A stretch of DNA of 64,000 nt from Nanobdellota archaeon (GTDB taxonomy: Archaea; Nanobdellota; Nanobdellia; Pacearchaeales; GW2011-AR1): positions 64,001-128,000 of the forward strand of contig JBBSXO010000001.1 of assembly GCA_038045705.1 (NCBI GenBank), in the 5' to 3' direction. Made by a program: the position numbers and the translations under genes. Numbering within the stretch: position 1 is the stretch's first letter; each line of letters opens with the position of its first letter. Positions 46,842 to 57,336 of this stretch are shown here, piece by piece. The notes beneath the pieces were generated by a model. The model saw only the letters and a program-made list of their open reading frames with translations. It made no database searches and was not told where the DNA came from.

Positions 46842-48932
46842 ATGAAATTTGTAAAATTAACATCTTTGTTTGCAGTTATTGCATTAGCAGTTTTATCTCT
46901 TGCTTTTGCGAGCGCTTCAACACTATTCTTAGATGATTTCAATTCAGGAGTACCTTCTCAATGGACGCCTGGAACTTGGACACTTTCTTCTGGCTATTTG
47001 GAATCTGGAGCTTCAAGCGCCAACAACTCAATAAATTCGATAGCAACAAGAAGCGCATCAACCTCAAACTTTAACAATATTGTACTATCTTTTGATAGAT
47101 GGTTGTTTGACTCAGGCAACAATAATTTTGAAACAGGTAATAATTTTATAGTTTCAATTTCATATGACGGAGTGACTTTTGTGCAAGTTAGTTCTGTAAC
47201 TGGATCAACAGCTACATCATTTACATCACAATCATTCACATTAAATTCTTCAGCAAATAACAATTCAAATTTTAAAATAAGATTTGAATGCTCAACAGAC
47301 TCAGGAAATGAGTTCTGTAGAATAGACAATGTTAGAATTGATGGAAATCCAATTTCATCTTCAAATATTAATATAGTAATATCTGGTGCTGAGCCATCAG
47401 GCAACCAACCGTATTCTACAAATCAAAACATAACATTAACATTAACAAATACAGGTTCAACACCTTTATCTGTGGCAATGTCTCAAACAGGAACATTATC
47501 TGGTCTGACATTCAATCCATCAAACCCATTAACATTAAACCCTAATATTCCAGTAGATGTAAAAGCAATACTTAGAGGTCTTACTGGGTTGAGATTCGGC
47601 CCAGATAACATAGTTAATATTCGTGCAACATCAAGTTCACAAGTAGCCACAACAAGCTTTAATGTAAAGAAAACATTTTGTTCAGCAGGTCAAACATTAA
47701 ACAGTAACTTAACAATTGATAGTGTTAGCTGGGATAATAACGGCGAAGGAGAAGAAAATGATTGGGAACTTTTAGATGAAATTGAAGTTGAAATGGATAT
47801 TAAAAATAACAATCAAGATGATGAAGTTGATGTAGTTGCAGTACTTGGTTTATTTGACAGTTCTGGAAATGATGTTTCAGACGAATTAACATTCCTTGGA
47901 GATTCAAGGGAAGATGAAGAACAAATTGAAATTAGTATTGATGATGATAGTGAAGAAACAGTAAACTGGGAGTTTAAAGTTCCAGCAGACTTTGATGCAG
48001 GAGAATACAAACTTGCAGTTAAAGTTTATGATGAAGATGCAGGTCAAAATAATGACTGTAAAGACACAGCTAGTGAACTAGATGAAAATTTCTATCAGCC
48101 AATAACAATTGAGCAGACTTCAGATGAAGGTCGTTTTGTAATCGTAGATGAAATTGAATTAGACAATCAGCTTACATGTGGAGAAACAGCAACAGGACAA
48201 TTTACTGTTTTCAACGTTGGTGAAGACGACGAAGAAAGAGTAAGGATAACAATCAGAAACAGAGATCTTAACATAGATTTAGTTAGAGAAATAACTTCTG
48301 ACTTAGATCAGGGAGAAGATGAAACTCTGGACTTTTCAGTGACTATTCCTGCAACAGTACCTAGCGGGACTTACACCTTAGAGTTTCTGACAGAATATGA
48401 TTATGACGATGGAGTTTATGATCAAGAAGGAGACGAATCATTTGACTATTCATTCGAAGTAATTGGATGCACTCAGAACACAGGCAATCCTGGTTCTGGA
48501 GGGTTAACCAATATAAGAATTGATGCTGAGCTTGATTCAGAAGCAAAAGCTGGCGAAGAGCTTGTAGTTGTTGCAACAGTCAGTAATACTGGAACAGAAG
48601 ATGCCACATATAGTATAAGCGCTCGTGGATATTCCTCATGGGCAGAATTAACAGATATTTCACCCGGAACAATATCAGTTGATGCTGGAGAAAGCAAAGA
48701 AGTCATAATAAAAATGATGGTTAATAAAGACACTTCAGGGTTGCAGTCATTTGATATGCAAGTATCAGAAGGTAGCAGATCTCAAATACAAGAAATTGAA
48801 GTTGAACTAGCTTCTTCAGACTCTTTAGGACTTTTAAGTTCAGGAAGCTCACTAATCTGGATAATTGGTGCAGTAAACTTAATACTTATAATTTTGATAA
48901 TTGTAGTTGCAATTAGAGTGTCTCGTAGATAA
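46842..48932 (+). CDS. acidic Ig-like surface glycoprotein, probable archaeosortase substrate
   Basis: Signal peptide, D/E-rich CARDB-like repeats, C-terminal TM followed by SRR; directly upstream of the sortase. Confidence 0.75.
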   Translation: MKFVKLTSLFAVIALAVLSLAFASASTLFLDDFNSGVPSQWTPGTWTLSSGYLESGASSANNSINSIATRSASTSNFNNIVLSFDRWLFDSGNNNFETGNNFIVSISYDGVTFVQVSSVTGSTATSFTSQSFTLNSSANNNSNFKIRFECSTDSGNEFCRIDNVRIDGNPISSSNINIVISGAEPSGNQPYSTNQNITLTLTNTGSTPLSVAMSQTGTLSGLTFNPSNPLTLNPNIPVDVKAILRGLTGLRFGPDNIVNIRATSSSQVATTSFNVKKTFCSAGQTLNSNLTIDSVSWDNNGEGEENDWELLDEIEVEMDIKNNNQDDEVDVVAVLGLFDSSGNDVSDELTFLGDSREDEEQIEISIDDDSEETVNWEFKVPADFDAGEYKLAVKVYDEDAGQNNDCKDTASELDENFYQPITIEQTSDEGRFVIVDEIELDNQLTCGETATGQFTVFNVGEDDEERVRITIRNRDLNIDLVREITSDLDQGEDETLDFSVTIPATVPSGTYTLEFLTEYDYDDGVYDQEGDESFDYSFEVIGCTQNTGNPGSGGLTNIRIDAELDSEAKAGEELVVVATVSNTGTEDATYSISARGYSSWAELTDISPGTISVDAGESKEVIIKMMVNKDTSGLQSFDMQVSEGSRSQIQEIEVELASSDSLGLLSSGSSLIWIIGAVNLILIILIIVVAIRVSRR

Positions 48933-48969
48933 GCAAACATATTTTTAAGCAACAATTCTCTAAACAATT

Positions 48970-49560
48970 ATGGAAAGAAAGTTTTTTTCAATAATTCTAA
49001 GATATTTTTTACTTTTAATTTTAGGTCTAGGTAATTTATTTATTTTTTATTTAATCTTTACACCATTGACCGTTTATCCAGTATTCTGGTTAATAGGTTT
49101 TTCAACTGAATCAACTCTTCTTCAAGGAACATACACAAAGGCATGCGATTTAGCACAAAGTAGCTTCCTACAAGAAATAGCGTGTATGAATACAACTATA
49201 TTCTTTCAAGATTATTTTGCAAGTATTATCCCAGCATGTATTGCAGGTTCAGCATATTATCTTTTATTAATATTAAATTTAAGTACGCCCATGGAAATGA
49301 AAAAAAGAATAAAAAGCTTATTATTTTTATTAGGTTTATTTTTATTACTGAATATAACAAGAATATTTACATTCGCAATGATTTTTGCAAATAAAAATTA
49401 TGAATTATTTAATATAGCTCACACAGCATCATGGTATTTTGGAAGCACAATATTAGTCATATTATTATGGTTTAGTAATGTATTATTATTTAAGATTAAA
49501 TCCATACCAATATTAACAGATATTACATCGATAATAAACTCCATGAGGACCAAAAAATGA
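48970..49560 (+). CDS. archaeosortase/exosortase family protein (pacearchaeosortase-like)
   Basis: IIPACIAG (Cys), LNITRI (Arg), FNIAH (His) in a multi-TM protein. Confidence 0.8.
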   Translation: MERKFFSIILRYFLLLILGLGNLFIFYLIFTPLTVYPVFWLIGFSTESTLLQGTYTKACDLAQSSFLQEIACMNTTIFFQDYFASIIPACIAGSAYYLLLILNLSTPMEMKKRIKSLLFLLGLFLLLNITRIFTFAMIFANKNYELFNIAHTASWYFGSTILVILLWFSNVLLFKIKSIPILTDITSIINSMRTKK

Positions 49561-50186
49561 ATCTTATCACAAATATAATTGAATTATTGATAGCATTAGT
49601 GTCAGATTTAGGATATCTGGGCATTTTATTAGGCATGACTATCGAAAGCTCCATAATCCCTTTTCCTGCAGAGTTAATCTTGCCTCCAGCAGGAGTCTTA
49701 GTTTCAAGAGGAGATATGTCTTTTATTCTAGTGTTAGCAATGGCAATAGTAGGGAGTATCTTGGGGGCATTAGTTAATTATTTTATAGCATACTATCTTG
49801 GAAGAAAAACTGTAAATAAACTCCTTCTAAAATATGGTAAGATATTTTTCATAAAAAAAGAAGAATTGATAAAATCTGAGAATACATTTAGAAAGCATGG
49901 AGAAATAACAACTTTCTTTGGAAGATTAATCCCTGGAATAAGGTCGTTTGTTTCGCTTCCAGCTGGTTTCTATAAAATGAATTTGATGAGATTTTGTTTT
50001 TTTACAGGTTTAGGAGCAGGTATATGGTCAGCGATTTTAATTTACCTGGGGATGTTTTATGGAGAAAATCAAGATTCAATAGAGAATATGTTAGGATCTC
50101 TTACATGGATCATCATAGCAGTAGTCTTAATTATAATCCTAATTTATATTTACATTCGTAAAAAGTTAAATCTTAAAATTAAATAA
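49557..50186 (+). CDS. DedA family membrane protein
   Basis: IESSIIPFPAELIL, FFGRLIPGIRSFVSLPAG. Confidence 0.95.
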   Translation: MNLITNIIELLIALVSDLGYLGILLGMTIESSIIPFPAELILPPAGVLVSRGDMSFILVLAMAIVGSILGALVNYFIAYYLGRKTVNKLLLKYGKIFFIKKEELIKSENTFRKHGEITTFFGRLIPGIRSFVSLPAGFYKMNLMRFCFFTGLGAGIWSAILIYLGMFYGENQDSIENMLGSLTWIIIAVVLIIILIYIYIRKKLNLKIK

Positions 50187-50820
50187 AGGCTTTTCTAGCT
50201 TCAACAATTGATTGAGTTTCTAATTTTTCAACAGCCTCAAGAATCTCACAGTTAGCTACTTCAATCCTGTAACAATTTCCCTCAATAGAAACTTTAGTTT
50301 CATTGGATTTCAATATTTCGATAACTTTATTTCCAGGTCTATTTTCACAAGTAGCCCATAGATCTCTGCGACTTCCAGCCTGCCAAAAGTCAAGATTTCC
50401 TGCAACAACAGTCATTTGGTTATCAGATATGAAACTAGACAAGCTTCCAACAGCAAGCGCACCATATCTACACTGTTGCAAACCTTCACTATTTATTGAT
50501 ATATAGACTACGGAGCCAGGAACCATCAAATTAGATTTACCTGTTAAAGAAACATTATTCTCTCTAGGATCTGTTCTAATATAGAAGTTATACTGTGCAA
50601 AAGCACCAGATTGGGTTTTAATATAATAAGTATGGTGAAATAATGGTATATCTCCAATCTTTTTTTTAGAAAAAGTAAGACCCTCATATTCAAAATAATT
50701 CAGACTCTTAAAATATGCACTTGCAATCAAGAATACTATAACTAACACTGCAAGAAAACCAAGAATTCCAAGTAATTCTCTTTCCAATTTTCTTTCTTTC
50801 TTTATAATCTTTTTATCCAT
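50179..50820 (-). CDS. membrane-anchored hypothetical protein
   Basis: N-terminal TM, FEYEGLTF, RTDP, extracellular Cys. Confidence 0.65.
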   Translation of the reverse strand: MDKKIIKKERKLERELLGILGFLAVLVIVFLIASAYFKSLNYFEYEGLTFSKKKIGDIPLFHHTYYIKTQSGAFAQYNFYIRTDPRENNVSLTGKSNLMVPGSVVYISINSEGLQQCRYGALAVGSLSSFISDNQMTVVAGNLDFWQAGSRRDLWATCENRPGNKVIEILKSNETKVSIEGNCYRIEVANCEILEAVEKLETQSIVEARKAFI

Positions 50821-50849
50821 ATTAATAATTGATATTTAGTCTTTTAAAA

Positions 50850-51413
50850 TTAACTGATTCCTAATATTTTGTATAAAAATGCATCAACTGTCTTCATATT
50901 TCCCTTAATAAAAATACAATTTTGCTCTTCAGTTATGCTTTGAATATAGTCATCCCTTACGACGATTAATGGATCAGGAGACGAACAGTCTTTTTCTGGT
51001 AAATCTCTTTCACACTGTCCATAACATGCCTCTTTAATATTTCCTAAATAAAGGCCAAGGCTATTATGTATTTCTTGCAGGCTACCAATCATTTCAGTAT
51101 CAACATAAATTTGTTTGCCAGATAAATCTGCTAAATTTTTACTTATCTGATAAGATGAGGTGTTAACTTCATCAACATGATGCGTAAAATAATATTTTTG
51201 ATTTCCAGTAGTATAAATCCAGTATTGGCCATTATTACTAAATCCTTGAGTTTCGTCAGGAACATTATTTCCCCCAAAATTAACCATACTCAATGCAAAT
51301 CCAAGAGTACTTAACAAAAGTAAGGAGATTATTACTATTCCTGAAATACGTTTTCTTCTTTGTTCTCTTTGAGTTATTTCTTTCAAACTTCTTATTTGAC
51401 CCATATCATTCAA
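50850..51413 (-). CDS. membrane-anchored hypothetical protein
   Basis: N-terminal TM; AC...C...LPEKDC...NCIFIKG...DAFLYKILGI. Confidence 0.65.
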   Translation of the reverse strand: MNDMGQIRSLKEITQREQRRKRISGIVIISLLLLSTLGFALSMVNFGGNNVPDETQGFSNNGQYWIYTTGNQKYYFTHHVDEVNTSSYQISKNLADLSGKQIYVDTEMIGSLQEIHNSLGLYLGNIKEACYGQCERDLPEKDCSSPDPLIVVRDDYIQSITEEQNCIFIKGNMKTVDAFLYKILGIS

Positions 51414-51512
51414 AGAAAAAACTCATTTAAAAAACTTGGTTTTCTTAGTTGTCACACTCTAAAGAAATAAAAAAGAAAAAAAATAAAAAAAAGAAAAAAT
51501 CAGTTCACCTAT

Positions 51513-54149
51513 TTAAGCCGTAACAACAGTAGCTGCCGTAGCAGTTGTACCTGTCAATTTATGGTTTACGTTAGTCATTGGTTCTTGAGTTGTCAAGTAT
51601 GTTGCTGCGTTAGCAGTATCACCTTGTTCCCAACCACCAACAAGAGTAGCAACCTTAGAACTAGCCCATGGGTTAGCAAATGTTTGGATTATCCATTCAC
51701 CGCTTCCAGCACCACTAGCTGCAGTCCATGAAGCACCACAACCAGCACCGCTCCCTAGTAATGTTGATGCAGCAGTATTTACACAGCTACCTCCAACAAC
51801 GATTAAGTTCTTAGATGACATCGCAGTATTAGCTGACAATTCATCATCCATTATCTTAACATTTCCTAGAGTAGTTGAACTAGATCCAACAGCTAAGCTA
51901 TCAACATATACCTTTGCAGTTGTCTGAGTTTCAGGGTAGCTTATTTTAACGTGGTATTGGTCAGAATCAGATTGATCTGTTTCAACCAATGTTCCCCACT
52001 GATCCATCTTTTGATAAAGTTTATCATTGGTTTCAGTTTGGAATCCAGTATTTCCATAAGCAGTTCCTTTCATGTCGTTATCGCTGTTCCATGAGAAAGA
52101 TGATTCACTCACACTTACTCCAGTATCACTTACTCCTGCTCCTGACGTTTCAACAATCAAAGTGTTGTAGACATCAGCTTCATCTTTTTCTTCGAATAAG
52201 ATGATTGCAGGACGTGAGATAACAGCTCCGCCTTCCATTACATAAACCTTTGTCTCATTTACATTTCCAGTACTTGTAAAGTTAATTGTTAATTGACCAA
52301 CGGTTGCTGTTGCAGAAGATGCTCCATCAGATGCAGTTGTGTTAATTGCTAGTGAGCTTCCAACTGTAAAGTTGTGCAATCCACCAGCATTAGCAAGTGC
52401 AACGTTTGTATATCCATCTCCATCAGGAATCACAGCATTACTTCCCAACAAACCATTCGTACCATCCCATGAGGTTAAGTTTATGGTTATAGGTTCATAG
52501 AATGCTAAGTTAGCACCCTTTGAAGTCTCTATAGTTGGCCATAATATCATATTTGACCCAGTAGAGTCCGGTTGATTGAATCGGACAAATTGACTGCCAT
52601 CACTACTTGGATTCTTAACATAACTAAATGTATAAGAGTTTCCAGCTATATCTATTGTTCCAGATCCCTCAGATGTAGCCTCGCCCTGGGTACTTTCTTG
52701 AGTAACTAAGTTCTTTACTGTAATATAGTCATCACCAAATCCAGTAGTTCCATTTTGGATGCCTGTAACTTCAAGCAAAACTCCTTCGTCTTGGTTACCC
52801 AAAACAACAGAGCCTGACTGATTCACCCGAGCCATTTCAGCAACTTCTAACTCCCAATCATTTCCATCTCCAAGCCAAACACCAGTTCTACCTGAAGACC
52901 TGTTGTTGAGCCACTCCCAATTTTCGAGAGTTTCTCCTTCCCAGCTTGTAAATGTTATGGAAGCCATATCTGTTCCAGATGGTTTGATAAGGATGTCCTC
53001 ACGTTCATCAGTACTCTCCAAACCGGCAGACAAGCTATCAAAGACTAATCTGAAAGATCCATAAACTGGATCAACAAATTCATCTCCTGTCTTGAAAAAG
53101 TCAGCACTTCCATCGTCAGCAAATACTTGGATAGTAAGCTTTGTTATGTTTCCAGGATAAGTTCCTGCAGTTTCAAAGTCTACTTGAGTTCCATCAATTG
53201 CAGTTTCATCTGTTCCCGTTTTAACTTCGCTTCCATCTTGTAATGTTAAGCGGTTAGCTCCAACAACAATCTCTGCTTGAATTACATTCGTAGCAGTTGA
53301 TTCATCTGCAGTATTTACAGCTACTTCTACCCCCATTATTTTCTTGGAAGCAGCTTCGTTAATCTCTTTCTGATCAGATTGACCAGCAGAGTTTGTAACT
53401 TTTACAGTAGCTGCAGTATCAGACGCAGCAACAAGTTCTATAGTATATGTTTCACCCTCAACTTCAACAGCTTTAGATGGAACAGAGCTCGCGCTCCCTA
53501 CACTAAGCTGTAATGTTTCAGCAGATCTGAATAATATTAACTTAGTATCAGATGTAGCAGACGAAACAGTAAAATCTTGACCAAACAAATTTATACTTTC
53601 ACCTTCAGAATCCGCGTGTGTAAAGTTAACAGCTTCATCAAAAGTTACTGTCGTATTGTATAAATAAGTTGCCGCAGTAGTTCCATACAACATACCGACA
53701 CTAGGATCAAAACTAGATGTAGGTTCCTTTGCAAAAATAACTCTTGGGTTTGATCCAAGAACTATTTTGAATTGCGCTTCAGCTTCCACATTTCCAGAGA
53801 ATTCTGTATCTCCGAGAACAGTTGGAAGATTAGAGTCTGTAACTGAGCTTCTAACGGAACTCAATGAGTTGTTTAGTTGAATAGGTGTCGATGAAGTAAA
53901 TAGCTCATAAGCTTCATTACTTGCAGGAGCACCACTTCCACCACTACCAGCAAGAGCAGTACTCAATGCAGTAGATATATCAGTAACAGCGCCTAGATCT
54001 AAAGAATTACCATATACTATAGCTACATCAGCATTACCACTCGAAACGAATGGAGCAGGGAAGTTAGCAGCAGCAGCAAGTGCAACTGTAGATCCAAGCA
54101 TAGCTGTAGAAGCCATAGCAGAGGCAATTTTTCTAAAATTAAATTTCAT
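51513..54149 (-). CDS. S-layer protein (Methanococcales/Thermococcales S_layer_N/C type)
   Basis: FRKIASA signal peptide, FPAPFV...AIVYG N-domain, NLIVVGGSCVN and VGGWEQGDT C-domain, strong SD. Confidence 0.85.
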   Translation of the reverse strand: MKFNFRKIASAMASTAMLGSTVALAAAANFPAPFVSSGNADVAIVYGNSLDLGAVTDISTALSTALAGSGGSGAPASNEAYELFTSSTPIQLNNSLSSVRSSVTDSNLPTVLGDTEFSGNVEAEAQFKIVLGSNPRVIFAKEPTSSFDPSVGMLYGTTAATYLYNTTVTFDEAVNFTHADSEGESINLFGQDFTVSSATSDTKLILFRSAETLQLSVGSASSVPSKAVEVEGETYTIELVAASDTAATVKVTNSAGQSDQKEINEAASKKIMGVEVAVNTADESTATNVIQAEIVVGANRLTLQDGSEVKTGTDETAIDGTQVDFETAGTYPGNITKLTIQVFADDGSADFFKTGDEFVDPVYGSFRLVFDSLSAGLESTDEREDILIKPSGTDMASITFTSWEGETLENWEWLNNRSSGRTGVWLGDGNDWELEVAEMARVNQSGSVVLGNQDEGVLLEVTGIQNGTTGFGDDYITVKNLVTQESTQGEATSEGSGTIDIAGNSYTFSYVKNPSSDGSQFVRFNQPDSTGSNMILWPTIETSKGANLAFYEPITINLTSWDGTNGLLGSNAVIPDGDGYTNVALANAGGLHNFTVGSSLAINTTASDGASSATATVGQLTINFTSTGNVNETKVYVMEGGAVISRPAIILFEEKDEADVYNTLIVETSGAGVSDTGVSVSESSFSWNSDNDMKGTAYGNTGFQTETNDKLYQKMDQWGTLVETDQSDSDQYHVKISYPETQTTAKVYVDSLAVGSSSTTLGNVKIMDDELSANTAMSSKNLIVVGGSCVNTAASTLLGSGAGCGASWTAASGAGSGEWIIQTFANPWASSKVATLVGGWEQGDTANAATYLTTQEPMTNVNHKLTGTTATAATVVTA

Positions 54150-54345
54150 TATTTATTATAAACCTCCTTTCAGTTATGTCGCGTAGCAACTCCGCAGAGT
54201 CCCTCATCAAGGAAGCCACCGGTTTAATCCGTAGCCCGCCAAGTGAGCCGTGCAATATACGTTTTGTTTCGTTTTGTATCGGTCTCATCATTTAGATTTA
54301 CGCTCCGAAGAGCGTTAAGTACTCTACTGAAAAGCTCTTTAAAAA
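54150..54345 (-). promoter_or_regulatory. S-layer promoter and structured 5' leader of about 170 nt
   Basis: TTTTTAAAG box near 54345-54337, ACGCTC-TTCG-GAGCGT hairpin, further GC-rich stems, SD AAAGGAGGT. Confidence 0.65.
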
Positions 54346-54532
54346 GCTTTCTATCTCTGTTCGCTTATTTACATGACTCAATTGTCAACTTTGATATTTA
54401 TATATAAACATTTGCTTATTACTACATAATGATTAAATAATTATATCGTTGTTATTCAAATAAATATATGGTATTTTTAGAATATAGGGCATAGAAAACA
54501 TATAAATAGTTAAATGTATTAAATATAGTATT

Positions 54533-54892
54533 ATGGTCCAAAAACAAAGAATAAAAGAGATAACTATAACTGAAGAGAGAGGAACATTTTCTTCTTTCTT
54601 CAAAAAGTTTTCAAGTGACAAAAACGATTTTGATTTCAAGGGTTTAGATTCATTAAGATCTTTACTTTCAAACGAAAAAGCTAGGATTCTCCATGTTATA
54701 AAATCAAGAAATCCTAAATCAATCTATGATGTTTCTAAGTTGGTAAATAGAGACTTTAAGTCTGTATCTCAAGATATAAAACTCTTAGAAGAGTTTGGTC
54801 TCATAGATTTAATAAAAGAAAGCACCGGAAAAAGAGAAAGATTAAGACCAGTTATCATAATAGACATATTAAAAATAGATATAGTCTTATAA
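54533..54892 (+). CDS. HTH transcriptional regulator (HVO_A0114-like)
   Basis: LLSNEKARIL, PKSIYDVSKLVNRDFKSVSQDIKLLEEFGLI. Confidence 0.75.
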   Translation: MVQKQRIKEITITEERGTFSSFFKKFSSDKNDFDFKGLDSLRSLLSNEKARILHVIKSRNPKSIYDVSKLVNRDFKSVSQDIKLLEEFGLIDLIKESTGKRERLRPVIIIDILKIDIVL

Positions 54893-55399
54893 TTATGAGC
54901 ATAATTTTGCCTGAACAACTATGTTCCCAGGAAACTGAGGTATAAAATAAGAGTTACCTATGTAATTATTGCTACAATTCCCTTGATTTATGGAGAATAT
55001 TTCTTCTCCTTGCCCGCTCGAAGAATTAGAGTTATATTTACCTACAACTTCATATCCTTTGTAAGGGTATTCTGGACCAACTTTCCAAGTAGCATTGAAC
55101 ATGCTTACAATAGCACCTTCAACAGATTCACAAGAATTAGATCCACTTAAGCAAGAGTTATCGAAAGAATGGCATTCCTTTATCAATTCATTAAGTGCAA
55201 GGTTTTTACCGTTTACCCTTATAACACAATCAGTTGTCTGCTCCATAGAACTTTCAATAAACTGGTATAATATCTCGCTATTCTTTTGAACAGGTTCTGG
55301 ATTTCGTAACTTTATTCCTATAAATATAACCAATGCAATAGCTAAAATTACAACAATAAGCACAAAGCCAACTATCTCCTCTTGACCCTTTTTCTTCAT
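54893..55399 (-). CDS. pilin-like protein with class III signal peptide
   Basis: MKKKG|QEEIVGFVLIVVIL. Confidence 0.65.
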   Translation of the reverse strand: MKKKGQEEIVGFVLIVVILAIALVIFIGIKLRNPEPVQKNSEILYQFIESSMEQTTDCVIRVNGKNLALNELIKECHSFDNSCLSGSNSCESVEGAIVSMFNATWKVGPEYPYKGYEVVGKYNSNSSSGQGEEIFSINQGNCSNNYIGNSYFIPQFPGNIVVQAKLCS

Positions 55400-55401
55400 A
55401 A

Positions 55402-55920
55402 TTATGATACTCCCTCAAAACCCATCAATATTTTACCAAGTTCACATTTAGTCTGTTTAATCTCATTGTCAAATCTACAAAGAGAAACAAAAGACTCGTA
55501 AGCCTCAAAATCTCCTTTATTTACAAGAGTTATTTCATTACATCGTGGATAACTTTCAGTAGTACACTCGCTTGTTTCATACAATGGATAAACTCTACTA
55601 ATCTTAATTAATGAAACATCAGTCCAAAATCCTTTGTAGGAGTTTCTTTCCTTAAGCAAAAACAATTTATCTAAATCTACACAGGAGCTACAATCATCAG
55701 AACTAATCCAATTAAATTCAGGAGTTCCAGCCATCTTTCTGACTTGTGTTAAAACTGCCTCTTTTCGCAAATCATCTACATCTCCTCTTAAAGAACTAAA
55801 TCTTATAGAAACAAAGAAAACAGAAACTATTCCAAATAGAATAATTATTGCAACTATAATAAAAACCATTTGTTGTATTTTAAACTGACCTTTAGAATAT
55901 TTTACATGAAGCAAGTTCAT
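55402..55920 (-). CDS. pilin-like protein with class III signal peptide
   Basis: SKG|QFKIQQMVFIIVAIIIL. Confidence 0.6.
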   Translation of the reverse strand: MNLLHVKYSKGQFKIQQMVFIIVAIIILFGIVSVFFVSIRFSSLRGDVDDLRKEAVLTQVRKMAGTPEFNWISSDDCSSCVDLDKLFLLKERNSYKGFWTDVSLIKISRVYPLYETSECTTESYPRCNEITLVNKGDFEAYESFVSLCRFDNEIKQTKCELGKILMGFEGVS

Positions 55921-56839
55921 TATTCCTCCTTTCCAAATCTTTTGCAATAGGGATAACTTGTCTTACAAAATCCCTTGAATTATTTATATTTGCTACAAGG
56001 ATAAAATTTTGTAAATCTGAGACGAGATTATTAGAACAACCACTGCCTTCAACATATATAGCCTTCTTAGAATAAACAACTGCCAGTTCAGAAGCCCTTT
56101 TCATTAATCTTTTGACTTGACACTCATATATTTCATAATCTGAAAGTATTGCACCAAGCATAAGATTGTCCCCATCATAATACATATCTTTTCCAGATTT
56201 ACTTACAACCTTAGACATAGTGTTTACATTAATATCACATCCTATTCTATCAAAACATACTTTAGTTGAATTTGCAGGACAAGATAGGATATTAGTAGAA
56301 ATGTTTATTCCTATATCTTGCTTGCCATCAGCAGACAAATCTAAAATTAACTCTTCAATGTCATTTGTAGGATTAACAAAACAATATTTTTGCCCATAAA
56401 TAGAGATTATATCTCCTATTTTAAAAGGAGCAAATATAGGATTAACCATAACATTTAGTTTATCATTCTTAGTTTCTTCAATCTTTCTAGAAAATATATA
56501 TTTGTTATAAACTGACTTTCTAACGCTTTGTTCACTCCATTCATCTCTTGATTTTGATGCTGTGCTTAATCTTTGTATTCCGAAAGCTCCATCAGTAGAA
56601 CATTCATTGTAAACCTTGGTATCTGTAGCAAATTCAATTACAGAATATTTGTTATCTTCAAGATTTGTTTCAACAGGGTTAAGTAAGTTAGCAAGCTCTC
56701 CTGCAACTAAAGTATCTCTCTTAACATCGCTAGAATTGATTAATTGAGATGTTATATAAATAGCAGAAGCAAGTATCACTGCTCCCGCAATAATAGCGAA
56801 TATCCAACTAAATGTAAAATCTATTCCTTTTTTATTCAT
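55892..56839 (-). CDS. pilin-like protein with class III signal peptide
   Basis: MNKKG|IDFTFSWIFAIIAGAVIL. Confidence 0.65.
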   Translation of the reverse strand: MNKKGIDFTFSWIFAIIAGAVILASAIYITSQLINSSDVKRDTLVAGELANLLNPVETNLEDNKYSVIEFATDTKVYNECSTDGAFGIQRLSTASKSRDEWSEQSVRKSVYNKYIFSRKIEETKNDKLNVMVNPIFAPFKIGDIISIYGQKYCFVNPTNDIEELILDLSADGKQDIGINISTNILSCPANSTKVCFDRIGCDINVNTMSKVVSKSGKDMYYDGDNLMLGAILSDYEIYECQVKRLMKRASELAVVYSKKAIYVEGSGCSNNLVSDLQNFILVANINNSRDFVRQVIPIAKDLERRNNELASCKIF

Positions 56840-57335
56840 GTTGCACTTTAACAAGAGATTCAAATTCTCCTTTGGACAGCCTTATGTTTACTTTTCTATT
56901 TACAGATTCAAAACAATCAAAAGTTCCAAGAGAAGAAATGTCTATTTTATCTATTTTTTTGAAAGCAAATTCATTAGCTTTTTCAGGGGGATAAATAAAC
57001 ATGTTTGTATTTTCTTGTTGAAATCTTGAAGAGCTTTGTCTTAAAGATTTTAATTGTGAAGTATATCTTCCAGCATCAATATTGTTAGCAATAGATCCAA
57101 AGCAAACAAACTTTACAGAACTAGGAGTTGAAAAACTAACCACTTTATTTGTAGTAGCAGAACTCCAAATATCATTTACTGAATTTTGAAATTCTTCGTA
57201 AAAAAGTCCAATTTCGGCAACGCTTCCAACTTGTAAAAAGATAGTTATTCCGTAAACAGCAACTCCAATAAGTGCAATTATTATGATCACAGAGAAAATC
57301 ATTCCAAATGAGATTTCAATAGATCCCTTTACCAT
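56832..57335 (-). CDS. pilin-like protein with class III signal peptide
   Basis: MVKG|SIEISFGMIFSVIIII. Confidence 0.65.
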   Translation of the reverse strand: MVKGSIEISFGMIFSVIIIIALIGVAVYGITIFLQVGSVAEIGLFYEEFQNSVNDIWSSATTNKVVSFSTPSSVKFVCFGSIANNIDAGRYTSQLKSLRQSSSRFQQENTNMFIYPPEKANEFAFKKIDKIDISSLGTFDCFESVNRKVNIRLSKGEFESLVKVQHE

Positions 57336-57336
57336 T

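Noticed and set aside
54170-54295. Independent box C/D guide sRNA
   Set aside because: C-to-D spacing is not the compact archaeal form and the region is continuous with the S-layer SD; treated as a leader
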